A DNA stretch of 64,000 bases from Iphione sp. A-MEVVRFRX5 (lineage: Eukaryota). Position numbers and translations under genes: made by a program. Positions 48,842 through 62,294 of this stretch are shown here, piece after piece; position 1 is the first letter of the stretch, and the number at the start of each line of letters is the position of its first letter. The notes under the pieces were generated by a model that was given only the letters and a program-made list of their open reading frames with translations, did no database searches and was not told where the DNA came from. The stretch lies in NCBI GenBank assembly GCA_976226885.1, contig OZ320322.1, positions 7,316,001-7,380,000 on the forward strand, written 5' to 3'.

Positions 48842-49680
48842 GCTACTGTAGTGCAGTGTTAGGCTTTTTTCTCATCAATCATGGTGGTTATAGGAGACAC
48901 GGGATTCACGTTACTCTAGACGCTACTGTAGTGTAGTGATAGGCTTTCCTTTCATCAGCTACCTGGTGGTTAAAGGAGAGGAACGGTCTATCTTCCTCTT
49001 GATGCTACTGTAGTGTAGTGTGAGTCGGCCTTTTATCTCATCCATTGTGGTGGTTAAAGGAGAGGCAGGATTCCCGTTACTCTTAACGCTACTGTAATGT
49101 AGTGTGAGTCGGCCTTTTATCTCATCCACTGTGGTGGTTCAAGGAGAAGCAGGGTTCCTGTTACTCTTAATGCTACTGTAGTGTAGTGTGAGTCGGCCTT
49201 TTATCTCATTCATTGTGGTGGTTAAAGGAGAGGCAGGGTTCCCGTTACTCTTAATGCTACTGTAGTGTAGTGTGAGTCGGCCTTTTATCTCATCAACTAC
49301 ATGGGGTTCATACTACTATTAACGCTGCTGTGGTGTAGTGTAAGTCAGCCTTCTCTCCCATCCATTATGATGATTACAGGAGACACAGGGTTTGTTTTAC
49401 TCTTAACGCTACTGTAGTATAGTGTAAGTCAACCTTTTATCTCATCAAATACGGTGGTTAAAGGAGACGCAGGGTTCCCATTACTCTTAACACTACTGCA
49501 GTGTAGTGTAAGTCCGCCTTTTATCTCATCAAATATGGTGGTTAAAGGAGACACAGGGTTGAAGTTACTCTTAACACTACTGTAGTGTAGTGTAAGTCAG
49601 CCCTTTATCTTGTCAATTGTTTGGTTAAAGGAAATGCAGGATTCATGTTACTCTAAACGCTACTGTAGTGTCATGTAAGT
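48842..49680. repeat. 84-bp minisatellite, about 10 copies
   Basis: GCTACTGTAGTGTAGTG at 49004, 49088, 49172, 49256 and further copies. Confidence 0.93.
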
Positions 49681-50519
49681 CAGACAACCAGGTAATGTGG
49701 AACTAATGAGGACCATCCCATATAATTATCACAGTAATTTGAACACCAAGAAATAAAGAGTCCGTGACAAGTGAGATAAAAGTCGCACAAAAAAAGGCGG
49801 AACTTCCAATAATCTCAAAAACTGAATCTGGCACGAGGCCCACGATCCCCTCCCCCACTGTTTACTCTTAGTCTTTGTGAGTCTCCCTACCTTATTGGTA
49901 TTCCCACTGTCTGTCTCTATGCTTGTCTGTCTGTCCGTCCGTCTGTCTGTTTGTCTTCATCTCGCGCCCTCTGTCAATCACTGTCTTCCATGTTTCTCTC
50001 TCCCTGTGTTCCTGTCCATCCCTTTACCCTTTCCCTTCCGCCTTCCAATGTTTATTTACTTATTCAAATGTAGTGCTGTGTAGTGTACACGGATCCAGGA
50101 TGTAATTATAAGGTAAGCTTGGCCCCACCTTAATTAGTACCTCGAAGGGTTCATGCTCCTCCCGTTAGGGGTCAGGCCCGTCGGCTTACTTAGCCTAGAG
50201 CACATTATGACATGATTCCCAACTCAACTCAACAAGTATTGAATCAGTCAAGCATAGTATGTTCACTCTACCCTTACTGATGGATAGTGGCCACCTGGCC
50301 TTTATTGAGGGCCTAATAAATAATAGAGATATGACCACTGAGGTTACCCACACCTCACTGACGCGGAGTGCAAGTTACTCTTTCACACAATCACTTGCAA
50401 TAGATAAAAGCGATAGTTTAATTTAAGTAACCTAGACTTTACTGAGAGATAGTGTAAGTCACTCTTTGATATCATCACTCATAGTAAATAAAAGATACAT
50501 CATCATCATCATCATCATC

Positions 50520-50832
50520 AAGTAACATAGACCCTGCAGTAGATGAGAGATATTAAGATTCAAGTATCCTAGACCCTGTGGTAGAAAAGAGAGATATTAT
50601 AATTTAAATAACCTTGACCCAGTGGTAGACAAGAGAGATATTATGATTTAAATAACCTTGACCCAGTGGTAGATAAGAGAGATATTATGATTTAAGTAAC
50701 CTTTACCCTGTGGTAGATAAGAGAGATATTATGATTTAATTAACCTCAACCCAGTGGTAGATAAGAGAGATATAACGATTTAAATAACCTCGACCCTGTG
50801 GTAGATATGAGCAATAGTATGATTTAAGTAAT
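50520..50832. repeat. 44-bp minisatellite, about 7 copies
   Basis: GTGGTAGA at 50578, 50622, 50666, 50710, 50754, 50798. Confidence 0.9.
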
Positions 50833-52282
50833 TAATGTAGAAAAACTGTGGTAGGAAGTGAAAGTCACTCTTACCAATAGTCAAATGTAGTAGATAAAAG
50901 AGATAGTATGGTTTAAGTTACCTAGACCTTACTGACAGGTAATATGCCACTAATTTATATAGCTGACTGTGGTAGATAGTACAGATATGATGATTTAAGT
51001 TACGCAGATCTCAGTGACAGGAAGTGTACGGTAGTCTTTATGGGAATACCCAGGGGCCAGGACCATCCCAGCTATTCTCGCTCTCCTTGAGTTGCCAAGC
51101 TTGTAATAAGACGCTAGGTGTAGCTTATAAGAGGGACTTAAAAACGCGGAACCGTAAATAATGGGATAATCTTAGGTAGCCAGAAAACACAGAGTTGTCA
51201 CCATAAATCACCTTCATATTGGTTTAATGTGGTTTCAACACTGAACAAAAGCGTTGACCTGCGACGTCTATTGTCCCCCACCATCGAGTGGCCATTTCAT
51301 GCTTGATTGCCCCTCCCTTGGTCAGACTGCTCCAGGGTGGTACTGGCATGCGTGTGTAGATAGTTTAATTTTCAACTCTATACTGCAGGGCAACTGACCA
51401 GCGGTGGGAGGTAGTAAAGTAACCATAACCTGAAGAAAAGATCTAAGGCAACTTCTAAGAGGAGATTACAAACCTACTCCTGCATGTACAGGTAAAGATC
51501 TACTAGCTTCAAATGCTAGCTCCTCCCTCTCTCTCTCTCTCGCTTTCCACTCCATCTCTCTCTTCCACCCTCTTTCTGTATCTTTATCTCTCTTTCTTTC
51601 TCACTCTGTCTGTCTGTCTCTTTCTTTCTGTCTCTCTCTGTCTCTCTCTCTCTCTCTGTCTTTTTACCTCTCTCGTTCTCTGTCCACACTCTAATCATTT
51701 CATCTTTTGTCTCTCATTCTTTGCCTCTCTCGCTCTCTCATTGCACTCCCGAGGTTTGTCTGTCAGTTACGTTCTGTAAATCCATTTCGTCCCGTCGCTC
51801 AGCCTACTCTATGTGTGTGTGTGTGAGTGTGCGTGTATGTGTGTGTGTGTACTTGCCAGTTATGTGTGTCTGTGTAGGTGCAGGTGTAAATGATGCCTTT
51901 AAACTCGCGCGTATGAAACGTGTTCCTTCGGAACAAGAAACACAGCAGCTACTATTGGTTATGTTTTGCCTGCCCAAGAAGATAATACGTTGCTGGTAGA
52001 GTAGACGCTTTCTCGGTTGCTTTTCTCACTAGTGCGTTTAGAAATACTTACTCCCGGTTGTGCAATAACTCGCTGACACTCTCGCTCTTTCTCTCAGGAC
52101 GGGAAACAGAGTAGTTAGTTACCTTTGTTTTTTTTTTCTTATCGTCCAGGATCACACTTTGGTAACTTGACGCGGTGTGCCCTAGGCCCTCTCGGTATAA
52201 AGACTTTGGAATTATTCCAATATATACCCTCCTTTTCCAAGTTTCTGTCGTAGAGCCTTTCGTCAGTCTATGGTACTCTGAC

Positions 52283-52286
<4 letters not shown>

Positions 52287-52368
<82 letters not shown>
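52287..52368. repeat. (GA)n microsatellite; related GA/CT-rich tracts at 41900-42420, 51525-51740 and 54310-54700
   Basis: Direct read. Confidence 0.95.
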
Positions 52369-52369
<1 letters not shown>

Positions 52370-52529
52370 CGGGGAGTATAGTCTGAGCAGTAGGCTGAAG
52401 GGAGGCCCGACCTTCATAACCATACAGATATACCTCTCGTAACAAATCCTCTATATCGGTTTCCTTACATGCGGTGATGTCTGTGTGCATTTTTTGGTCA
52501 TGTTGGTTTCAATAGGGGGTGTTCCAGGC

Positions 52530-52560
<31 letters not shown>

Positions 52561-55500
52561 CAGAGAGAGCTCCAGTGCAAACACCGAAGGCACTTGTATA
52601 TCTGAATTCTGTGATTTTTACATCGGGGAAGGATTGCGATGACCTCATGATACGACCTCTGACCTGTGACCTTTCACCCCCACCTATTAACGTGCGCCAG
52701 GATGGGCTTGGGATGGGGATGATGGGGACTGAAATCACTTCCTGTCTACACCAGGAACACACAGGGTAGCTCTTGCTCTCCTTTTTCAATATTTTTCTTG
52801 TCTTGTGGTCCTAAATTATATCCCATTTAAACATCAGAATATAACGAATTTTTTGTGAACTTGTATACCGAAATACGCCCCGATTTATGTTCATTTTATA
52901 TACGAAAAAATAAGGAGTCTTCTACATTTGTTTTAGATCATAGACGAGATTATTTGGCACAACGCGCCTTTGGCCGGGAGGAGATGACAGTAATTCCTGT
53001 GCAATTAAGTCCAGCGTGACGAGAAGGACCTGAGAATATCTTGCTGGCGAGAAACCTAATAATGTAGGTAACTATTCGAAAAGCAGACGCTCTAGAAGGT
53101 TTAGTAGGTATGCGAGCTATTGCGACAAAAATATTGTGAAAAGCTAAGGTTAGTTGTTATATTGCCAAGGGTAAAAAATCAGAGTTGCTGTGTATGATTA
53201 CATATTCCAAGGAGAAAGAATTTCAGCAAACATTCTCTACATCGAGTAAACATAGTGATAAGAATAATTAACATAATTATCACAATTTTTTGACGAGTTG
53301 ATGAATATAATTATTGCCACAAGAACGATAGTGCACCTCTCATTTAGCAAATTTCATCAGGACTACACACATTGGACTATTAAGAAACTGATACGACCAT
53401 TGGTGAAAGAGGACATAATGTTTGATATGAGTCCCTAAAGAAGTCCTGATCCGATGTATCTGCCTATCTAAACTATCTATTGCATCATAGGATGGTGGAT
53501 CTAATTTCATATAGTGCACACAGTGTTGGCAAAAGTACACAAGTAAAATTGAACATAAGTACTGTTTCCCTTCTACAAGCAAACACAAGTGTTGTGAACG
53601 CACTGCATTATGTCCGAGATCAAACATATGTTAACATATACCTGGGTTTCCTTATAAACATAGCAAAAAGTGTTATGAATGCCATGCGTTATGTTCGAGA
53701 TGAAATATATATCAATGCATGCCTGGACAGAAAATACATCTACACCCTGTTTCCTTATACCTGTATATAAAGCATATGTCTGCATGGATGCGTTACATGA
53801 AACCACAAAGTTCCACCCCCAAGGTACATGCAACATAGCTATGTTGCATATATATGTATATGTATCATGTATTTATATGTGTATGAGGAAAACCCCCTTA
53901 TACACACAGCATCAGATGTACAGTTAATAATAAAGACAGATATCAGTCACGCTAAATTACATATGCTTCAAGTCACGAAGATTCCACATTCATCTCACAA
54001 ACTCTGCGAATCCCTGTCTCACGCCCAGATCAGAACTTCGTACACGTCCTCCGTGCATCCAAACAAATGCACGAATATACCATGAATCAGCAGGTCTGTA
54101 TACAGGTGTTTATATTTAGACTATGAGAGAGTAGACAGTGTAATATGTACCCGAGTTAAAACGTAACTACACACTTTCCCGCTTCACTGATAAATGTGCG
54201 GGACAACGCCTGGTTATTAAAATAATTGTTGGCTACTGCATTCAAGTCAAAGACAAAAAACCTACAAAAAGCGACTATAGGAGCGGTCTCCACTGGTTCT
54301 CCCATTGGTTCTCCCCTCTTCTCTCCTCTCTGTCCGTCTCTCTGTCTCTGTCTATTTTTTTTCTCTCTCATCTCTCTCCCTCTCTTGTTCTCTCCTTTTC
54401 TTCCCTCTTTTCTGTCCCCTCCTCTCTTACTCTTCCTCTCTTCTCCCTCCCTCTCGTCTCCAACTCTCTCCCTATCCCTTTCTTCTCTCTTCTGTCTCTT
54501 CTCTCCCTCTATTCTCGCCCCCTTTTGTCTCTCTTCTGTCTCCACCACTCTATCCCTCCTCTTTCATCTCCCTCTCTTCTGTCTCCCTCTTCTCTCTCCG
54601 TCTCTTTATCTCCTGTCTCCCCCTCTTTACCCCTTCATCTCTTCCCTCTTCAGCTCTTGTTATGGACTTTCTATTTCTCCTTCTTCTCCCTCCATCTCCT
54701 TCTAAAAAGCAACGTGACCATGGCCTTATATAAAATTAAACACTATATATGCATATATAAACATACAAATTTACAAAATATATAATAGTTTAAAGGTTTC
54801 TTTGGTCATCTGAATAACACATTTACAGAAGATGAGATTAGTGTTAATCTAGTATCTGTATGTTTGATATTGCCTCCACCATTAGTAAGTATAGATTTAT
54901 GTAGTTAGACGTTAGTACAAATAATGATTACAAGTATACTTCCATTAACAAATCCTCTGAGAACTAAACCTCTTTGTAACAATGAAGTAAGCTATGTCTA
55001 CAGATTGTTTGACCTAGGACCACTATTTGCCCAGTCTTTTCCTTGAATAAGGAAATAAAAAAGGAGAAATACAGACTTATTACGCAATAAGGAGAGAGGA
55101 ATTACTGATAAGGACGAACCTTTAAAAAACTATAAAAATGACTGCACAAACAGTGTGCTTCTAAGAACTAAGTTTCCCCACAATAAAGTCATATCATAGT
55201 ACATATCCACTTCATTAACAGAGGTATACCTCTAGCCATGTATATAGTGTTTGAGAGTGTTCTACCCTCATGGCTCTGCCCGGGTCGACCTGAAGTAAGG
55301 GTTTAATGGTGGGGCGTAGCCTACGATTAATACCACACCGTGACCATCGGAGGAGAAAATGGACGCAAGGTCACACAAAGGTCATATCTTCCCAGTTTAT
55401 TGGTGTGCGTTAATTGGAGAATTGTAACAGAAGCTAACACTATAGACATAGGTTTACACGTAAACCATGTGTACTTCAGTAAAGTTACAAAAAAGTCATA

Positions 55501-56332
55501 CCCTCGATCCCCCCCACCTCGCCCCGCCCCAAGCAACTTCTACAGGGGACCTCTAATAAGAGGTAATTAAAACTATATCGTAGTAAAATACTGTATACAT
55601 GGCTTTGTGAGTACATGTTTTAGTAATGTGTAAATGGGATAAGGTCAGACCAAGGTCATACTTGGCCCCGCCCCCCCCCCCACCCATGTAGATGCCAATG
55701 GACACTTATAATGGGAGACATGTGACACAAATGAAGTCTAAATTGTAGACTCAGGTAAATATCTAGTCATGCCTTGTCATACAGTAATAAACACAGAGGA
55801 CATGTCACTGTACTGAATGTCTCTATACTGAGACAAAGTGTGACAGCAACAGAATAACTTGCTTTAAAGGGTGTGTCATTACAATGAAAATGTGGATATT
55901 ACAGAGGTCATTATAACAATGCTTATGTCACCATTGTATATATTCATATTTACAATATGCATATGGTATAAACTGATTAAAAGGTCATAGCCACCCTACA
56001 GCGATTGCCTGAGTCGGTGTGTGTGTGTGCGTGTGTGTGTGTTCAGGTCCGTGCAGCAGGAACTGTGCAGCTCGCCTGACAGGACCAGAGATTTCCCTTA
56101 TTTATAGATCGTGAACACAGGCATCGACTACGTCCCGTCACAGCTCAACAGCCTCCGGTAGTCACGGTCAGCAGCAGATTCTAGTGAACTATTACTACGT
56201 CTAGTAAATATAGACGATATGAGAACAGTGGCACATGCACCTGCTGTAGTATGCTGATGGGTGTTCTCACGACTGCAGGTGTAGACTGAGGTCATGTCTC
56301 AAGGATGGGGAATAGAACCATCACTCATGCCA

Positions 56333-56760
56333 ACACAGGGTTAAACACAGAGTTAAACCTACTCCTGCCGACACAGGGTAAAACACAGAGTAAAACCTAC
56401 TCTTGCCGACACAGGGTTAAGGTCAGTGTTAACCCTAGTCCTGCAAACACAGGGTTAAAAAAGGGGTAAAACCTACTCCTGCAGACACAGGGTTAAACAC
56501 AGTTTAATCTACTCCTGCTGACAAAGGGTTAAACATAGTTCAACCTACCCCTGCAACACAGGGTTAAGGGCAGTGTTAACCCTAGTTCTGCCAACACACA
56601 GGATTAAATACAGAGTAAAACCTACTCCTGCAGACACAGGGTTAAACAGAGAGTAAAACCTACTCCTGCAGACACAGGGTTAAACAGAGAGTAAAACCTA
56701 CTCCTGCTGACATGGGGTGCTTACCTGACAGTGACACAGGATTAACATAGTTATAACCCT
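56333..56760. repeat. About 39-bp degenerate minisatellite
   Basis: Recurring ACACAGGGTTAAAC...AAACCTACTCCTGC. Confidence 0.85.
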
Positions 56761-57368
56761 GTTCTGCTGATACATGAGTTTGTCCACTACTAACCGAACC
56801 TACCAAAATAAGGCTTTACTATATGTTAACCCTCAACCTGTAAGCTCGTGATTATACCGAGTTAATTTTGTATTTACTGACAGAGGTTTCAACACAGAGT
56901 TAAAGTCAGTCTGGTCAACACAATTAAAATAATACATAGTCACTACAATGACCTCCATTACTATGAACTACTCATTATAATGACACACTTTTTAAGACAA
57001 GTTACATTATCGCTATAAATTTGGCCTCAGTTTAATGATATTTTTGACATAATGACATTGTCCTCACTGATAATGACTGAAATAAAAATAATACATGACT
57101 TTCTTTTTACATCCTTCTCTAAGATTTGGAATGTGTTACATCTGTGTATGTCCTGTTCATAGTTTGACTGGCCATTAGAGCTGATGTGCGTGTGTGTGTG
57201 TGTGTGCAGGTGTGTCTGGGGGAGGGGGGCCATACAGTGGTAATGTCTGGAGTCCTGGATGGCACAGTGCCAGGTAGCATTCCTGCATAAACACACCCTT
57301 ATACACAAACACTTACACACATACTAACAAGAGTGTGGACCTGTGAGGTCTATCGTCCCCCGCCATCA

Positions 57369-57503
57369 NNNNNNNNNNNNNNNNNNNNNNNNNNNNNNNN
57401 NNNNNNNNNNNNNNNNNNNNNNNNNNNNNNNNNNNNNNNNNNNNNNNNNNNNNNNNNNNNNNNNNNNNNNNNNNNNNNNNNNNNNNNNNNNNNNNNNNNN
57501 NNN
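57369..57503. other. Assembly gap
   Basis: N run. Confidence 1.
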
Positions 57504-59804
57504 ACCGCCTTGATTGGCACCTTGTATTGGGGTGATTGGATGGGCTTGTTTAAGTTCTTCAGGTTTACAACCCTCTGTTCTGCCTCACTGAGCAGACCAC
57601 CTTTGGGTCTGCCTCACTGAGCACCAGACTGCTACAAGCTGATATTGGTAGAATGGAGGTATTGGTGAGTGTTTGTGTGTGCATGTGTGTACATTGTCAA
57701 ACCTAGGCATCTCTAACACCAAGTATGTATATTTGTAGGTGTGTTAGCAGAAGAAACAAATTGGCATAATTTCATCTTTAAAATACTTGAATTACTATCA
57801 AAATTACCCAGTCCCACAGGACCATGTATACAAATATATATTAAAATCAGCTCTTTTGAGTGAATGGTTTGAGAGTTATAAAACCCACAAGAGTGTGACA
57901 GAAGGTCAAGACAGCAAAATTCCTAATTATGTGACCCCCTCTCTATGAGGTGGGGGGCAACAAATACCTGACCCTCAATTTTTGGCATTAGAAGACGATT
58001 ATATTCTTCAGGAGGCTGTATGAATGTTTCTAGTAGTTCAATCATCGAGCTTTTATTTATTGACTGTCTCACTCTATACAACAGGTCCTCCTTCCTCTGT
58101 AGCTTCTGAATCACATGAGAACAGTGTCTTGACATTCGACGTTTAAGGTGGTCCCTTCATTCGGTTCTCAATTCTTTTAAAGGTAAGGTGACAAAAAATA
58201 GCCTCGGGCCACAAGTCTTGGGAGAACAAGGATGAGGACCTAAGAGGTCTATTGGCCGCCAGCAGTCACGCAATAAAGTGGAACTGATTAGTTCTGCCTG
58301 GGTGAGCAGCCTATGAAATAGTGCAATACCCTGAAAGCTCCCCACTGACCGACCCTGTGAGCGTCCATCTGTGTATACAACCGCGTATCAAAACACAGCA
58401 GGTTGGCTTTTAAATCACTTGCAATGATTTTAAAATACGAGCCAGTGGTGAGAGTCTATATGAGGAAACACTCTATTAAAAGTCGGATCATTTGATTCAT
58501 GATTTAGAAGACCGACGCACAAGATAATATGGATAGCCGGACGGTCACGTCCCAAGGTCTCCCCCTTCTCTTGGAAGCAGTGAATAAATATTATATAAAG
58601 AAGCTCTGTTCCGAGAGGATTCGTTAATGGAGGTATACCTGTGCTGATTGCAGCGGGGCGTAAAAAGCTGCGTATACATAATATATTTATATTTATATAT
58701 ATAAGCTGGTATATACACAGTTATTGGTTAACATGCAGATGGCGGTGTAGATACAGCGATCCAACGGGTGCGTTCACTCCATGTACGATATTATGATTAT
58801 CATGCATTTCTCATCACTTTCTTTTTGTAACAAGTTTCAGTAAATAATACATTAAATACTTAAGTATCTTTCCCCATACTGTAAACACCACTCCTCTAGA
58901 AGCAACAGCTCGCAAAAAAATACTTTTCAATCCAAATCAATCCAGTATTAGCCTTTGGTTCAGTACTACTATGGGAGTTGCTCCATAAGCTCAGGTGAGT
59001 GACTCCTATCACAGCTATTAAAACGCTCACCTTCCTCAGATCCTCTAATGATGCAACTCCGCCATCCTCCTCCTTATTATCTCTATTATTTCAAGGCTAT
59101 CTCTTCTTAAAGAGGAGATAACTATGATAAAACACAACTCCACCCTGAGCGACCGAACAGGCGTTAATGAAGGCTTAACACGCACGCACGCACGCACACA
59201 CACACACACACACGCGTGCGCACACAAACAAACACTCAGCGCAGACACTACCGGGACCATTAATTACTTGGGATGTGAATGGAAAAAATTACGGACCAAC
59301 AAGCTACAGTGTAGGTGGGCTGAGGTTAGCAGAGCTGATAGTAGGAGAGTTTCTTTCATATTTATCGTCCATGTTGGATAAATAAAGGAGCACAGACTGA
59401 TGTGTTTAACCAACTGCGTAGAACTGCTTCAATTGCTGAATATAAGTTTACGGACAACGCATATTATGCAACGCTTTGTGCTCTTCAGTATCTTAACGTC
59501 ATGTGACATCCACAAAAACTGCGAAGAATACGAATGACATCTTATTAATGTAGGTCATGTGACCCGTAGAACTAATAAATGAAGACCTACGTGGAAGACT
59601 GAAGCCCTACATCAAGTTACGCTGATAGCCGACAGTGATGCCATAGCAGCAGTTACAGGAATATTGGTACCAGTCCGTGTGAAAACATTATGTCGTGCAA
59701 GTCGCACTCCCATCGTGTCCTCAGCATTTATGTGTATGATATTTACTTTATACTACAGTACAGGCCTTCACAACTGCCGACAGCCCTGGTTGCCAGTGAA
59801 ATGG

Positions 59805-59945
59805 GTGGGGAGTTAGCTCAGTTGGTAGAGCACTGGTCCAATGATTAAGAGGTCGTAGGGGCAATCCCAGGATTGGAACTCTTTATCTTGCACCTGATAG
59901 ATTTACTGTAGCCCCAACCCAGAGTGACTTGTAAAAAGGCCTTTT
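59805..59945 (+). mobile_element. tRNA-derived SINE, degenerate
   Basis: A box TAGCTCAGTTGGTAGAGCA, degraded B box GTCGTAGGGGCAATCCC, no acceptor-stem pairing. Confidence 0.55.
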
Positions 59946-60963
59946 TCACCTATCATCAGGAGAGGGTTCTCCCATACCCCCCCCCTGAGGTAGTATACTA
60001 CCATCTATTATTGAGAATTGCAAGACCAGAATACCCACCCTACTCTTATTTCGAATAGGTTTTTGGGAGTCTTTTTGTACATAGTGGACAGAATCCGATA
60101 CACCCATGGCCTTTTTTATGAATTGTGGACAACTCTGGGTTGGGGCTACAGTATGTCTGGTCATAATCATGAGTCCTTAGCCCGGGATTGATTACGTAAT
60201 GTATGAATCACACCAGGATAAATAAAAAAAACATTTTTAAAGGAGGTTTTACTCCATTATTTACTATCTGGGTGTGGACCCCACTAAACACTAACTAATG
60301 TTGACGATGTGTCATGTTTAAAGAGAATACAATTATTTGCGCCGTTCCGTTTTCTACCTTATGGGATGGGCGGTGTGGGGGAAAAATAAGGTCAGAGGTC
60401 ACCTCACACAGCGACTCCTAGTGACAATAATACGAGAGGGTTCTGTAAGCACCCGGCACCGTATCAATGAGCATGGCGACCTGAGATGACCCCTACATTG
60501 GGGTCACGCAATCTGGACTACACAGGTGGGGTTTCCTTCTGTCCGTGTGCGCGTAGTTACACATTATATGCGCCCACATCACAGCCCACGTGGTAGTTCC
60601 TTTCTTTGGCTGCAGTGGGGGATTATTTTCTTCACCTCTGTAACTGCATGGTCAACAAGAACCTATGTCAACATCCACACCCCTACAGACTACCTACGCA
60701 CATACATATATAGTGGGTACCTGGACACTGTTTCATTTCCAAGATGGATACACAGCCTTAGGCGCATTGCACATGCCCAAAATCCATCCCCATGGGTGGA
60801 TGTGCAGGTACTCCCTGCTGGTTTCCAATCGTAATTGCCCACATATGTTCACCAGATGCATTTTACTATGGGCTCCTATGGAATCCACATATGTGTCTGG
60901 ATCAAACCCATCCTCGACAGTTTAACATCCGACCCATGGGTGGATGCAGAAAAATCAGCATGT

Positions 60964-61436
60964 TGTAACAAAGAACACCACGAGCAGGTTCTTCAATCGT
61001 CCGGCCTTTATTTCTGAAGCAGCATCACAGGTTACACGGTCGTCTCTGGCGGGTCCCAACAAGGACGCGCAACTCTCTCCTTATATACCAAACAGTGACG
61101 TAAACAACGCTACGAAAGTATGCAAAGCCCGCCGCGCTATCAGCAGCGGAAGTCTCATTTAGACAGCACACGATTGATCACCCATTGTGTCGACTCCAAC
61201 TAGCGACAATACCGCATGCCTCTACTGATAATACCTCGTTAATTGTAATGGTCACTTCGTTAACAAGATAAGGAACAACCTGTTTACAAGTTAGGCGTCA
61301 CGTATGCCAATTAAAAATTTTAACTGCGTCTCCAGTAAAAGGCCCTTCTTTAACACGTATATCTGTACACTATACACAACACAGTACGCCCTTTTCTCAT
61401 GCATATATTCTTAACTCATTTTAGTACTGTGTTACA
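60964..61436 (-). mobile_element. Solo LTR (473 bp), Gypsy-like
   Basis: TGTAACA...TGTTACA inverted termini, 4-bp TSD ATGT (60960-60963, 61437-61440), minus-strand TATATAAG near 61085 followed by AATAAA at 61012-61007. Confidence 0.8.
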
Positions 61437-61764
61437 ATGTATATGAATGCCTACAATCGTCAAGCAGGGCTGCAAAAATATCCATCCCCGTGTGTGGACG
61501 GGGAACAGAAAAATCATAATACATGTGAACACCACCTTGAAACATAACATCCATATGCCAGGAAGCACGGAAGTACGATTATACCTCTGTGTGTGTGAAA
61601 GTGTGTGTGTGTGAGTGTGTGTTGGTGAGTAGAATATATGAAATGCAATCACTTCAGCTTTAAATCACTTCAAATGAAAACAGGAATAAGCCAGTAACCG
61701 CATTATTCCTAGACACCCCCCCCCCACTCCCTTTGAAGCTGAGGACAATAATATGTCACGTTAG

Positions 61765-62294
61765 NNNNNNNNNNNNNNNNNNNNNNNNNNNNNNNNNNNN
61801 NNNNNNNNNNNNNNNNNNNNNNNNNNNNNNNNNNNNNNNNNNNNNNNNNNNNNNNNNNNNNNNNNNNNNNNNNNNNNNNNNNNNNNNNNNNNNNNNNNNN
61901 NNNNNNNNNNNNNNNNNNNNNNNNNNNNNNNNNNNNNNNNNNNNNNNNNNNNNNNNNNNNNNNNNNNNNNNNNNNNNNNNNNNNNNNNNNNNNNNNNNNN
62001 NNNNNNNNNNNNNNNNNNNNNNNNNNNNNNNNNNNNNNNNNNNNNNNNNNNNNNNNNNNNNNNNNNNNNNNNNNNNNNNNNNNNNNNNNNNNNNNNNNNN
62101 NNNNNNNNNNNNNNNNNNNNNNNNNNNNNNNNNNNNNNNNNNNNNNNNNNNNNNNNNNNNNNNNNNNNNNNNNNNNNNNNNNNNNNNNNNNNNNNNNNNN
62201 NNNNNNNNNNNNNNNNNNNNNNNNNNNNNNNNNNNNNNNNNNNNNNNNNNNNNNNNNNNNNNNNNNNNNNNNNNNNNNNNNNNNNNNNNNNNNN
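61765..62294. other. Assembly gap
   Basis: N run. Confidence 1.

Noticed and set aside
53340-53627. 95-aa ORF as a possible upstream NWD exon
   Set aside because: AT-rich codons and no similarity to the expected N-terminal motifs.
57923-58345. Two short minus-strand ORFs
   Set aside because: No motif support; likely chance or a heavily decayed TE.
59805-59880. Possible tRNA gene
   Set aside because: A box is present but the B box/T-loop is degenerate and there is no acceptor stem; better explained as a SINE head.
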